Part shown: positions 37,999-47,764 of the stretch, one piece after another | Layout of the letters: the number at the start of each line of letters is the position of its first letter | Numbering within the stretch: position 1 is the first letter of the stretch | Assembly (NCBI GenBank): GCA_021325135.1 | Contig: JAJPHT010000051.1 | Location: 1-64,000 of the forward strand | Origin: Pseudomonadota bacterium | GTDB taxonomy: Archaea > Thermoplasmatota > SW-10-69-26 > JACQPN01 > JAJPHT01 | Length of the DNA stretch: 64,000 nucleotides | Direction: 5' to 3' | Made by a program: the position numbers and the translations under genes | Notes under the pieces: generated by a model | What the model saw: only the letters and a program-made list of their open reading frames with translations | Told to the model about the DNA's origin: nothing | Database searches by the model: none

Positions 37999-38457
37999 AT
38001 GCCCCTGCCCATGCACGCGGACGCGCACAAGTGGAACGAGCTGCCGGCCAAGTTCACGCTCCACGACGCGCCCGCCGAGCTGCGCCTCCAGTGCTTCCTC
38101 CTCATCCGCGACGAGCACGACCGCGTCGCGCTGGCGAAGCTCCAGGACACCGAGGGGTGGGCGTTCCCCGCCGAGACGATGCGCTTCAACGAGTCGCCCG
38201 ACGAGGCGGTGGCGCGCGTCGCCCGCTCGTGGTTCGAGGTCCCGCCCTCCGAAGTGTGGCTGGAGCGCGTGCTCTCCTTCCCCGCCACCGGGCCCGAGGA
38301 CAGCCGGTGGTACGTCCTGTTCGTCTACGGCGCGAAGGCGCCCGGCGACCTGAAGCCCACGCCCGACACGGAGAAGCTCTCCTTCTTCGCCATGGACAAG
38401 CCGCCCGAGCGCCTCGCGTTCTCGCACGTCGACGTCTGGCGCGCGTTGCAGGAGTAG
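37999..38457 (+). CDS. NUDIX-fold protein (degenerate Nudix box)
   Basis: WAFPAETMRFNESPDEAVAR. Confidence 0.7.
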   Translation: MPLPMHADAHKWNELPAKFTLHDAPAELRLQCFLLIRDEHDRVALAKLQDTEGWAFPAETMRFNESPDEAVARVARSWFEVPPSEVWLERVLSFPATGPEDSRWYVLFVYGAKAPGDLKPTPDTEKLSFFAMDKPPERLAFSHVDVWRALQE

Positions 38458-38471
38458 ACATCGTCGTCTCC

Positions 38472-38586
38472 GCCGCGCCGCAGCGCGGCCAAAATGGGGG
38501 GTTTCAGGGGGGCTCGCCCCCCTGACGTTTTCGTCGTCTGCCGGAACGGGACTTCACGTCAGGGGGCTGCGCCCCCCGAACCCCCC
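38472..38586. repeat. Intergenic palindrome, family C (GGGGGC..GCCCCC REP-like)
   Basis: Inverted homolog of 62318-62429; lies between convergent genes. Confidence 0.8.
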
Positions 38587-39120
38587 TCACTCGTGGGCGA
38601 CGTCGCCAGTCTCCGCCACGGTGGGGCGCGCGCCCGCGTCGGTGAGGAAGCGCTGCAGGTGCGCGAAGTACGCCCGCGCCCGCAGGCCCGACCAGGAATC
38701 GAGGAGAAGCAGCACGGCGCCTTCGGCCGCGAGCGCGAGCCCCACCGAGAGCCACGGCGTGGACGCGCGCAGGGCGATGGCCAGCGCGGCGCCCACGGAC
38801 AGGAGGAGCGCCTCGAACCCCAGCGTGAAGCGCAGCGCGGAGAGCGCGTGGCCGACGCGCGCCGCCTCCTGGTGCTGGAAGCGGCCCGGGTCCTGCGCGA
38901 GGAGGACGGCGAGGCGCTCGCGGCGCCGCCCCGCGGCGGCGAAGTGCGCGGCGGCGCCCATCACCTGCGCCGCGCCGACCAGCGCCAGCGGGATGCCCGC
39001 CGCCGCGTAGGGCGTGCCCAGCAGGCGCAGCGCGAGGGCCAGGGCGGCGAGGCCCGCGAGCGTCGCCACGACGGCCTCGCGCCGCTCGCCCGCCGCGTCC
39101 GCGCGCATCTCCTCACGCAT
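38587..39120 (-). CDS. Membrane protein
   Basis: Four hydrophobic segments. Confidence 0.7.
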   Translation of the reverse strand: MREEMRADAAGERREAVVATLAGLAALALALRLLGTPYAAAGIPLALVGAAQVMGAAAHFAAAGRRRERLAVLLAQDPGRFQHQEAARVGHALSALRFTLGFEALLLSVGAALAIALRASTPWLSVGLALAAEGAVLLLLDSWSGLRARAYFAHLQRFLTDAGARPTVAETGDVAHE

Positions 39121-39179
39121 GCCCGCGCATCGCGCCGCCGCCGCAAGGAGCTATCCGTGCGCCCGGCGATGGCCGCCGC

Positions 39180-39818
39180 ATGGATGCGGTCGTGGCGGGC
39201 GGGACCGGGCTCGTGGGGCGCGCCCTCCTGGCGGAGCTTGCCGCCGACGCGTCGTTCGGCCGCGTGGCCGCCCTCTCGCGCCGCCCCTTCGACGCGCCCG
39301 CCCGCGTGGAGGCGCGCGTGCTGGACCTCGCGACGCTGGAGCCCGAGGAGATGCCGCCCGCCGACGCGGGCTTCTGCTGCCTGGGGACCACCATCAAGGC
39401 CGCGGGCTCGCAGGAGGCGTTCCGCGCGGTGGACCACGGCCTCGTGCTGCGCTTCGCCCGCGCGTGCCGCGACTCGGGCGTCTCCTCCTTCCACGTCGTG
39501 AGCGCGCTGGGCGCCAACGCGGAGTCGCGCGTCTTCTACAACCGCGTGAAGGGCGAGATGGAGCGCGACGTCGCGGCCTTGGGCTTCGAGACGCTGCGCG
39601 TCTACCGCCCCTCGCTCCTCCTGGGCGAGCGCCAGGAGCCGCGCCGCGGCGAGCGCGCGGGCATCGCCGTGGCGAAGGCGCTGCGGCCGCTCATTCCCAG
39701 GCGATATCGCGGCGTGCCGGCCGAGGTCGTGGCGCGGGCCATGGCGCGCGGCGCCAAGGAGGGCGGCCCCGGGCTCCGCGTCGTGGAGTCGGACGATATC
39801 GCGCGCCTTGGCGCGTGA
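39180..39818 (+). CDS. NAD(P)-binding Rossmann protein (TIP30/YraR-like)
   Basis: GGTGLVG, FCCLGTTIK, YNRVKGEME, RPSLLLG. Confidence 0.9.
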   Translation: MDAVVAGGTGLVGRALLAELAADASFGRVAALSRRPFDAPARVEARVLDLATLEPEEMPPADAGFCCLGTTIKAAGSQEAFRAVDHGLVLRFARACRDSGVSSFHVVSALGANAESRVFYNRVKGEMERDVAALGFETLRVYRPSLLLGERQEPRRGERAGIAVAKALRPLIPRRYRGVPAEVVARAMARGAKEGGPGLRVVESDDIARLGA

Positions 39819-39839
39819 TCGCCGCCCTCCAGGAAGCGC

Positions 39840-41006
39840 CTACCCCCCGAGGGTCCGCTCGTAGATGCGCCGGTGGAGCCAGTGGGGCCCCTCCTCCTCG
39901 CGCGGCGCGAAACGGCCCCGCGGCGCGAAGCCGGAGGCCACGCCGCGGCCCACCTGCGTCATGGCGTCCACGTCCTCCAGGTCGACGTCGGTGTTCATCC
40001 AGACGCTCTCGCGCTGCGCGTACTTCTCCCGGTCCCAGGCGTGGTGGTACCACAGGAAGAGCGTGCGGCGCGGCTTGCCGGGGACGGGCATGTAGACGTT
40101 GACCGAGAGGCCCCACGGGTAGAAGTTGAGCGCCAGGTTGGGGAAGACGAGCCACCACAGGGCGAAGACGCGGCGGCCGCGCGCGTCGCGGAAGCGGTCC
40201 GGCAGCAGCGCGGGGTCGAAGCCGTGGGCGGGGTCCTTGGCGTAGGCCCACTGGAGCGCGGCCTCGCCGTGGATCTCGGTTTGATAGCTTGATAGCTCCA
40301 GCGCGTCGGCGAGGCCTCCGGGCTTGCGGTGGATGAAGGGGATGTGGAACTTGTCCATGTAGTTCCACGCGTGCTGCTTCCAGTTGCCGTCCAGCTCGCG
40401 CACCTCGCCCGCGAGGGGCTGGCGCTGGAGCGCGTCCAGGGGGAGGCGGCCCAGCGAGGCGCGCACGGGGCCCAGCGCGTCGTCGAAGGAGACGGCGGGC
40501 TTGCCGAGGCACGCGAAGAGGAGCTTCGACCACTCGGCGACCTCGAAGGGCTGGAGGTGGTCGCGCTCGCCGGGGAACCCGGGACAATCCTCGAAGCCGG
40601 GCTGCGTCACGAAGCGGCCGTGCGCATCGAACTGGCGCCCGTGCTGCGGGCAGGTGATGGTGCGCGCGCGGTCGGGCCCCTGGACGAGGGTGTGCCACGC
40701 GTGCGTGCAGACGTTGGGGAACGCGCGCAGGCCGCCCTCCCAGTCGCGCTGGAGGAAGAGGGGCGCGTCGAGGAGCGAGACGGGCGCCCGCGCGCCGCGC
40801 CGCGAGACGAGGTCGGCCAGCGAGCGCGGGTCGTCGCGCATCTCGGCCGCCGTGCGGTCGGGGACCAGCAGCCACGAGGAGCGGAAGATCGTCCGCAGCT
40901 CCAGGTCCAGGAACGCGGGGTCGACGAACGCCGCGGGTGGCAGCGTGAGGGCGCGCGCGATGCTCGCGTCGACGTGGTACTCCTCCCGGTCGAAGGCCGC
41001 GGCCAT
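39840..41006 (-). CDS. Rieske non-heme iron oxygenase alpha subunit (choline monooxygenase-like)
   Basis: NVCTH...CPQHG Rieske site; NWK..NYMD.FHIPFIH; EDVDA. Confidence 0.9.
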   Translation of the reverse strand: MAAAFDREEYHVDASIARALTLPPAAFVDPAFLDLELRTIFRSSWLLVPDRTAAEMRDDPRSLADLVSRRGARAPVSLLDAPLFLQRDWEGGLRAFPNVCTHAWHTLVQGPDRARTITCPQHGRQFDAHGRFVTQPGFEDCPGFPGERDHLQPFEVAEWSKLLFACLGKPAVSFDDALGPVRASLGRLPLDALQRQPLAGEVRELDGNWKQHAWNYMDKFHIPFIHRKPGGLADALELSSYQTEIHGEAALQWAYAKDPAHGFDPALLPDRFRDARGRRVFALWWLVFPNLALNFYPWGLSVNVYMPVPGKPRRTLFLWYHHAWDREKYAQRESVWMNTDVDLEDVDAMTQVGRGVASGFAPRGRFAPREEEGPHWLHRRIYERTLGG

Positions 41007-41059
41007 CGAGGCGCGCATGGCGGCGTTGGCTCTTTAGCCCTCCCGGCGGATGGCGCGGC

Positions 41060-42280
41060 GTGGCGGGCTGGCGCGAGCGGTGGTTCCGTCGGCCCCGCGT
41101 CGCGGACCTCCGTGCCGCCGCGGAGGCCTCTCCCCTGCGGCGCTCGCTGGGCGCGGGGCGCCTCTTCGCGCTGGGCCTGGGCGCCGTGGTGGGCGCCGGC
41201 GCCTTCTCGGTCCTGGGCCTCGCGGCGCAGGCGGCGGGCCCCCTGGTCGCGCTCTCCGTCGCGCTTGTCGCCGCGGCGTGCGCGCTGGTGGCGCTCTGCT
41301 ACGCGGAGCTTGCGACGCTCCTGCCCGTGAGCGGAAGCACCTACTCCTACGCGCTGGCCTCCATGGGGCCCCTCGCGGCGTGGCTCGTGGCATGGTCCGT
41401 CGCGCTCTCCTACGTCATCGGCAACGGCGCGGTGGCCGCGAGCTTCAGCGCCAACGCCTAGGGCGCGCTGGCCTCGGCGGGGCTGCGGCTCCCTCCGTGG
41501 CTCTCCGCCCCGCCCGCGGGGGGCGGCGTGGTGGACGCGCCCGCCCTCCTCGCCGTGCTGGGCCTCACGGTCCTCCTGCTGCGCCCCGTCAAGGAGAGCG
41601 CGACGCAGAACGCCATCCTCGTGGCGGCGCGAGGCGCGATCCTGGCAGTCTTCGTCGGGATCGCGCTGCTCGCCGGCCGCCCCGCCGCGCTCCAGCCCGT
41701 GGCTCCCCACGGCGCGGGCGGCGCGCTCGCGGCGGCGGGGCTCGTCTTCTTCGCGTTCCTGGGCTTCGAGACGGTGAGCGCCGCGGCGCAGGAGGCGAAG
41801 GACCCCGCCCGCGACGTGCCGCGCGCGATGCTCTGGACCGTGGGCGCTGCGGCGGCGGTCTATGCGGCGCTGGCGCTCCTCCTCCTGGCCCTCGCGCCGC
41901 CGTGGCTGGCCCAGGTCCACGCGCGCCACGGCACGCCCAACCGCATGACGCTCCTCGTGGGCGGCGCCACGGCCCTCAGCGCCGCGCTCCTTCCGCTGGG
42001 CTTCCTCGTCTCGCTCACCAACGAGGCGAACCTCCTCTTCTTCGCCGCCATCGCGCTGGCGGTCCCGCTGCTGCGCCGCGCGGCCCCCGACGCGCCCCGC
42101 CCCTTCCGCTGCCCCGGCTCGCCGTGGGTCCCCCTCCTCGCGGCCGGCGCGTGCGTGGCGCTCGTGGCGACCTTCCCGCTGGCGATCCACCTGGGCTTCC
42201 TCGCGTGGCTCGGCCTGGGCACCATGGTCTTCGCCCGCCCACGTAACATCCAACGTGGAGCCTTGTCGCCTCCGCCATAA
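41060..42280 (+). pseudogene. APC amino acid permease interrupted by in-frame TAG
   Basis: GAVVGAG, CYAELA, GSTYSY and FFAFLGFE motifs lie in one frame across TAG 41459-41461; an internal segment also appears deleted. Confidence 0.75.
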
Positions 42281-42341
42281 CAAATTAACCTCGGGCGCGG
42301 GCTAGCAGCGCCCCCGCGATCGCGGGAGGTTGAACTCCGCC

Positions 42342-42620
42342 ATGACCCCCACTCCCACCACCACCCACCAGCGCGCCGGCACGTCCCTCTTCCCCGGAAG
42401 CCCCTGGGGCTACGACGAGAACGGCCGCCTCGTCTATCTCCCCCTCTGGGACCCCGTGCCCGAGAACGTCCGCCCGGAGACGCGCGACATCCTCATCGGC
42501 CTCGCCATCCAGGACCTCGCCTCGAAGCTGAGCCGCGCGGAGGTCCGCGAGGGCATCCAGAAGTACGCCCACGAGGCGATCCAGGGCGCCGCCCTTCAGC
42601 AGTCCGGCAAGATGCGCTGA
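42342..42620 (+). CDS. Hypothetical protein
   Basis: 92-aa ORF with a GGAGGT SD upstream. Confidence 0.65.
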   Translation: MTPTPTTTHQRAGTSLFPGSPWGYDENGRLVYLPLWDPVPENVRPETRDILIGLAIQDLASKLSRAEVREGIQKYAHEAIQGAALQQSGKMR

Positions 42621-42703
42621 GGGCCCTCATCGCCGGCGGGCCGCGCGGGGAGCCTCCGGGTCCGCCGCGAGGGCCCGGCCTCTCCCCGCAAGATCCGGCT
42701 CGT

Positions 42704-44626
42704 TCACTCGGCGAACTTCGCCAGGATGACGTCGTACACCTTCTTCTCGGCGCCGGAGGCCTTGCTCTGGAGACGCCTCAGGATGAACTCCGGCGTGCTC
42801 CGCGCGCGGTAGTTCATGCGCGGGCTCCGGTCCACGACGAGGTTGAAGTGCTCGTCGAGCCCGCGCGCCTCGATGCCGTCGATGCGCACCGAGGTGTATT
42901 GCGACACCTGCTCGGCCATGTGGGTGACGCAGACGCCGAAGCTGCCGGTGTCCTTGAGCATCTCGATGAAGGTGCCCACGATCTTGCTGGCGGCCTCCAG
43001 CTCGGTCATGGCCTCCAGCTCGTCGGCCAGCACGAGCTTGGCGCCCTTGCTGGTGACGATGGGGAGGAAGCCGCGCAGGAAGCTCTCGAAGGCGCCCGCG
43101 TCCAGGCTGCGCTTCTGCGTGAAGAAGTAGACGCCCTCGACCGCGGGGACGGTCGCGCTCCTGGCGTTCACGGGGAGGCCCAGGTGCGCGAGGATGGCCA
43201 CCTGCGCGAGCGTCTCCAGGAGCGTCGTCTTGCCGCCGGAGTTGGCGCCGGTGAGGAGCGCCACCTGGCTCTCCTTGTCCAGCAGGTAGTCGATGGGCAC
43301 GCCGCCCACGCGGGCGAGGTTGAGGTGCACGGCGCCCTCGACGCGAAGCTCCTTGCCAAAGGCCGCGGGCTCCAGGCCGTACTCCAGGGCAAAGCTGCCC
43401 AGGGCGAAGGCGTAGTCGAACTCCAGGAGGGAGAGCACCTCGGCCTCGGCCTTCTCGCGCAGGCCGCCCAGCTTGCGGGCGGCGTCGACCTTGCCGCGGA
43501 ACGCGACGCGCTTCTTGCGGGCCTCAAGCTCCTGGCGCTTGCGCTCCATGGCCTCGTCGTCGACCTTCACCGGGAAGCCGTCGGTGAAGACGCTGGTGAA
43601 GTCCTCGCCGGTCTCCTTGAGGATGCGCTCGCGCCCCTCGCGGAGCACCGCCGCGTGGAGGTCGCGCACCTTGCGCGGCGTCTTGCCGGCCATCATCTCC
43701 AGCACCTCGTCGCCGCTCATGGAGAGCGACTTGGTGCGCGCGGCGATCTCGGCGTTGATCCACGCCACCGCGTCGTTCACGCCCTTCTCCACGGCCTCGA
43801 AGCTGAACTCCTTCTGCTGGAGCCCGTCCAGGGTGTCCAGGATGCTCCGCATGACGCTGGGCTTGCCCAGGATGCCTTGCAGCTCCAGCGCGGCCTCCCA
43901 GATGGCGCGGTTCTCGCGGTAGTACGCCAGCGCGGCGTCGGGGACGAGGTCCGCGACGTGGCGGCTGAAGGGGACCTGGATGACGTTCTCGGCGCCCGTC
44001 AAGTCCAGAAGGCCCTGCGAGTAGGCGTAGATAAGGACCTCGTTGCCCGGGGTGCCGTCCTCGGCGGTGCTGACCTGGCAGACGCGGTCGACGCCGGCCT
44101 TCACCAGGGCGTCGTAGTCGGCCTGCGTGTCCACGACGACGCACACGCTGCTGTCGAACTTGGGGCGCGGGTGGCGGGGGCGCGCGACGCGGCCCAGGAG
44201 CTTCGCCACGGCGGCGCGGTCCAGGGAGGCCACGCGCTTGCGGGCGTCCAGGACGAAGGCGAGGCGCTCCTTGGCCTCCTTCTGCGGGAGGGGGACGAGA
44301 AGGCTGACCTTGTTGCGGGCGTGGGAGGTGTTGGCGAAGCTGGAGATGCGCGCGAGGACGTCCTCGTAGAGCGTCTCCGCGCGGGGCGTGCGGAGGAAGT
44401 CCGAGGGGGCGCGACCTTGGATGGAGAGAACAAGCTCCACGGCCTTGCGCTCGGAGATGCCCTCCACCGCCGCGATGCGGTCGACCTGCGACTCGCGGGC
44501 GGCCTGGTAGAAGGCCTCGGCGCTGCCGAACTCCTTCACCAGGCGCTCGGCCAGGGCGTCGCCGACGCCGTGCAGCTCGGTGAGCGCGGGCTTCTCAGGC
44601 TCTTTGGGTGGCGCCAGGACGGCCAG
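42704..44626 (-). CDS. Archaeal MutS-related ATPase with N-terminal helix-hairpin-helix
   Basis: LTGANSGGKTTLLE, DAGAFE, LADELE, VTH; HhH LHGVG/VEGIS. Start is CTG 44626 or GTG 44539. Confidence 0.85.
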   Translation of the reverse strand: MAVLAPPKEPEKPALTELHGVGDALAERLVKEFGSAEAFYQAARESQVDRIAAVEGISERKAVELVLSIQGRAPSDFLRTPRAETLYEDVLARISSFANTSHARNKVSLLVPLPQKEAKERLAFVLDARKRVASLDRAAVAKLLGRVARPRHPRPKFDSSVCVVVDTQADYDALVKAGVDRVCQVSTAEDGTPGNEVLIYAYSQGLLDLTGAENVIQVPFSRHVADLVPDAALAYYRENRAIWEAALELQGILGKPSVMRSILDTLDGLQQKEFSFEAVEKGVNDAVAWINAEIAARTKSLSMSGDEVLEMMAGKTPRKVRDLHAAVLREGRERILKETGEDFTSVFTDGFPVKVDDEAMERKRQELEARKKRVAFRGKVDAARKLGGLREKAEAEVLSLLEFDYAFALGSFALEYGLEPAAFGKELRVEGAVHLNLARVGGVPIDYLLDKESQVALLTGANSGGKTTLLETLAQVAILAHLGLPVNARSATVPAVEGVYFFTQKRSLDAGAFESFLRGFLPIVTSKGAKLVLADELEAMTELEAASKIVGTFIEMLKDTGSFGVCVTHMAEQVSQYTSVRIDGIEARGLDEHFNLVVDRSPRMNYRARSTPEFILRRLQSKASGAEKKVYDVILAKFAE

Positions 44627-44725
44627 GGTGCATCCCCGCTCCCGGCCGAGGGCGCCGGGAGGGATTGCCTTTCAGGGGGGCGCGCCGAAAGTTAAGCCGG
44701 GGCGCGTTCGGGCCTCGCGCTCGCC

Positions 44726-45412
44726 CTACATGACGAAGCGTTCCAGCAGGTCGACCTCGACCTGGACCGCCTGGCCCTGGCCCCCCACGGTGATCGTCCA
44801 GGCGCCGCTCTCGGGCATCTCAAGGGCGGCCGTGTACTTCTTCGCCAGCGGCGCCGCGGGATCGACGCCGACGCTGCTGCCGCTGCCGGCGAGGGTGAAG
44901 GTCTTGGTCGTGTTGGCGCCCTTCATCTGGAGCGTGACGTCGCCCTGCCCGCCGGGGCCCAGCGCCAGGTAGGGGCCCTGGCCGGTGTCGTTGACGTACA
45001 CCGTGGCGAAGAGCGTCATCGTGCCCTCGTCCAGGGCGACGGTGGCCTTCTGGTCGGTCCCCTGGAGGTTGAGCGCGATCTTGACCGGCGTCAGGGCCTG
45101 GTCCGGGCGGGGTCCCGCGTTGGCCTCCTGGGCCTTGGCGTAGGCCTCGGCCTGCGCCGCGGTGCAGCCGGGCATGTCCATGCCGCGCATGCATGAGCTC
45201 GGGTCGTCGGGCATGCTGGGGTCCTTGGCCGGGGCGGTCTGGTTCGCCGTGGCGTTCGTCCCGGCGGTGGCGTTCACGGGGGCGCTCGCGGACTCGTTCG
45301 TGGCCGCCGTCGTCTCCGGCCCGTTCTCCGGGGCGGGCTCCCCCTTGCTGGCGCACCCGGCCAGGAGGAGGACGGCCCCAAGGGAGAGAGCGAGGAGGGT
45401 GGGACGACGCAT
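44726..45412 (-). CDS. Lipoprotein
   Basis: Lipobox LAGC; beta-rich C-terminal domain. Confidence 0.75.
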   Translation of the reverse strand: MRRPTLLALSLGAVLLLAGCASKGEPAPENGPETTAATNESASAPVNATAGTNATANQTAPAKDPSMPDDPSSCMRGMDMPGCTAAQAEAYAKAQEANAGPRPDQALTPVKIALNLQGTDQKATVALDEGTMTLFATVYVNDTGQGPYLALGPGGQGDVTLQMKGANTTKTFTLAGSGSSVGVDPAAPLAKKYTAALEMPESGAWTITVGGQGQAVQVEVDLLERFVM

Positions 45413-45481
45413 GCCTCCGGACCTGGAGAAGGGGGTCTTGGGTCTTGTGGCATGAGGCTCCTCAGGCCCCAGGGGGGAGCC

Positions 45482-45919
45482 CTAGTCCTGCGTCGCCATG
45501 AGCACGACGCTGTTGCGATAGCGGACGTGCTCCCCCAGCCGCGCCGCGAGGACGGGCTCCCCAGCGAGGAAGCGCGCGAGGCCGGGCCCGGTGATGGTGG
45601 CCACGTCGGCGAGGCGCCCCGCCTTCTGGAGCTCGCGGGCGATCAGGGCCTTGTCGAAGACGCACGAGGGCTGGAGGCGCGCGATCACGCTGGCGTCGCC
45701 CGCGCGGAAGCGGCCGCGGGGCGCCTCGCGGGTGAGGGCCGCGCTGGCGGTCAGCTCCAGCTCGGCGCGGAGGTACGCAAGCTGGTCCTCGATCTCCCGG
45801 CGCTTGCGCGTCAGCTCCACGTAGCGGCGCACCAGGTCCTCGGGCGCGGCGAGGAGGGCGGGCTCGGCGCGCTCGTCCGCGAAGGTCAGCGCCCTGGGCA
45901 GCGAGGGGGAGGATGTCAT
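45482..45919 (-). CDS. Hypothetical protein with coiled coil
   Basis: About 145-aa ORF. Confidence 0.65.
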   Translation of the reverse strand: MTSSPSLPRALTFADERAEPALLAAPEDLVRRYVELTRKRREIEDQLAYLRAELELTASAALTREAPRGRFRAGDASVIARLQPSCVFDKALIARELQKAGRLADVATITGPGLARFLAGEPVLAARLGEHVRYRNSVVLMATQD

Positions 45920-46002
45920 CGCCCCCCGGAGGCGTTGCGTCGACATCCCTTTTGTCCCGGGATCACTGGAAGTTTCATGGCGGGAGGGCCGTCTCCCTGC
46001 CC

Positions 46003-46943
46003 GTGGCCCGCCTCGTCCGCATCCCTCTGGCGCGGGAGTTCCCCGTCCCCGTCGACGCCGCGTGGGCGTGGCTCACCGACTACAGCGAGCAGGACGGCGA
46101 CCTGGCGGGCGACGTCGTCCACGCCCGCAATGTGCTGGAGCGCTCCGAGGGGCGCGCGCTCCTCCAGACCTTCGTCACGACGCCCACGGGGAAGGTGCAG
46201 GAGCGCATCCAGGAGGTCCTCCTCGACGCGGCGACGCGCACCTGGCATTCGCGCATCGTGGAGGGCGCCGGCAAGGGGAGCCGCAACGACTACCGCCTCG
46301 TGCCGACGCCCCAGGGCGGCTCGCGGCTGGAGATCGACTACCACCTCACCTTCGGCACCGCGCTGGAGCGCCTCCTCCTCTCGGCGGGCAAGCCCCTCGC
46401 GCGCCGCCGCCTGCACCGCATGTGGGACGGCTACGAGGAGGCCATGCTCCGCGACCTCGGGGTGGCGAAGCGAAGGAGACGTTCGTCGACGTCGCGTACC
46501 GGCGCACGTTCCCCCACGACGTCGCGCGCGTCTACGCCTGGCTCACGGACTACCGGGACGACGACCACGAGCGGGCGGGCGCCATCGTGCAGCGCCGCAC
46601 CGTGCTGCGCCGCGAGGGCGACGTCGTCTTGCTGGAGGGGCACAACGTCACGCTGGGACGCCACGCCCGAGGACAGGCCGAGGTGCGCCTCTTCCCCGAG
46701 GAGCGCCGCTGGGAAGCGCGCATCCTGTCGGGCAACGGCCGCGGCAGCGTCTACACGTACCGCCTGACGCCCACGCCCTCGGGGCACGCGCGCCTGGAGG
46801 TGCACTACAAGACGTGCGTGCGGCGCCTCAAGGGGCTCCTCCTCCTGAACCTCGCGAGGCCCGCCATCAAGCGCGAGGTCGCGCGCATGTGGGACGGGTT
46901 CGCGGAGGCGATGGAGAAGGACCTGGCCGCTCAGAGGTCCTGA
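46003..46943 (+). pseudogene. Tandem SRPBCC-domain gene split by a 5-bp duplication
   Basis: Two homologous domains (WLTDY...RMWDG) lie in different frames. Removing one CGAAG at 46466-46475 fuses them. Confidence 0.65.
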
Positions 46944-47146
46944 CGGGAGCCGTCGTCGATCTCCGCTTGGCGAAGGATCGCCGCGACCGTGCCGGTCCTG
47001 AGGCGCGCATGCCGGGGGACGCTGACCTGCGTCCCGTCCTTGCCGACGACGGTGTGCCTGGCGCCCTCGCGCACGACGCTCCATCCGTGATGACGCAGGA
47101 ATCGGAGGAGCCTGTCGTGGGAGACGCCGCGGGGCAGCTTAGGCAT
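46931..47146 (-). CDS. hicA: HicA-family toxin
   Basis: GWSVVREGARH...VSVPRH...GTVAAILRQA. Confidence 0.85.
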   Translation of the reverse strand: MPKLPRGVSHDRLLRFLRHHGWSVVREGARHTVVGKDGTQVSVPRHARLRTGTVAAILRQAEIDDGSRQDL

Positions 47147-47348
47147 CGACTTCGACCGACTCGAAGCTCGCCTGGAGGCGTCGGGCCTCCTCGCGGCGGA
47201 CCTCGAGGACGAGGGCGATGGCCTCCTGGACGTTGGCCAAGGCCTCCTCGCGCGTGTCCCCTTCGGAGATGGCGCCGGGGACCTCGATGCACTGGGCGGT
47301 GAATCCGCCATCGGGGTCGGCCACCAGGGAGACGGTGAATCGCATCAT
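47139..47348 (-). CDS. hicB: HicB-family antitoxin (short form)
   Basis: GGFTAQCIEVPGAISEGDTREEALANVQEAI. Confidence 0.9.
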   Translation of the reverse strand: MMRFTVSLVADPDGGFTAQCIEVPGAISEGDTREEALANVQEAIALVLEVRREEARRLQASFESVEVDA

Positions 47349-47411
47349 CGCCCCATGGGATGGGCGAGGTCGAAATAGTTTTTCTCCGGGAATCACCCAT
47401 CGCGCATCCCG

Positions 47412-47762
47412 ATGCCCCGCCGCACGGGCGCGTTCCTCAAGGAGTTCGTCGTCCTCTTCGGGTTCCTCAACGGCGTGTGGATCGCCGTGGGCGTGAACCC
47501 GGGCCAGGAGTTCCTCTCCATCCTCCGCGGCGTGGTGGAGAGCCTCGCGGGCGCCAACGGCGCGGTGGAGTTCCTCTTCACCGCGATCCCGCTGGCGCTC
47601 CTGGTCGCGGCGCTGGCGGCGATCTGGCGCCGCGGGGGGTGGCTGGGGCTCGTCGCCGTGGCGCTGGGCTTCGTCTCGGGGCTCTACGTGGTCGCCGAGC
47701 CGCGCTTCTCCTTCGGCGCGCTCCTCGTCGCGCTGGCGCTGGGCTGGTTCGCGACGCGGTGA
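47412..47762 (+). CDS. Small membrane protein
   Basis: Four TM segments. Confidence 0.7.
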   Translation: MPRRTGAFLKEFVVLFGFLNGVWIAVGVNPGQEFLSILRGVVESLAGANGAVEFLFTAIPLALLVAALAAIWRRGGWLGLVAVALGFVSGLYVVAEPRFSFGALLVALALGWFATR

Positions 47763-47764
47763 CC

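Noticed and set aside
41459-41461. Pyrrolysine recoding
   Set aside because: No pyl genes in the window; TAG is a common stop here, and the gene shows other decay.
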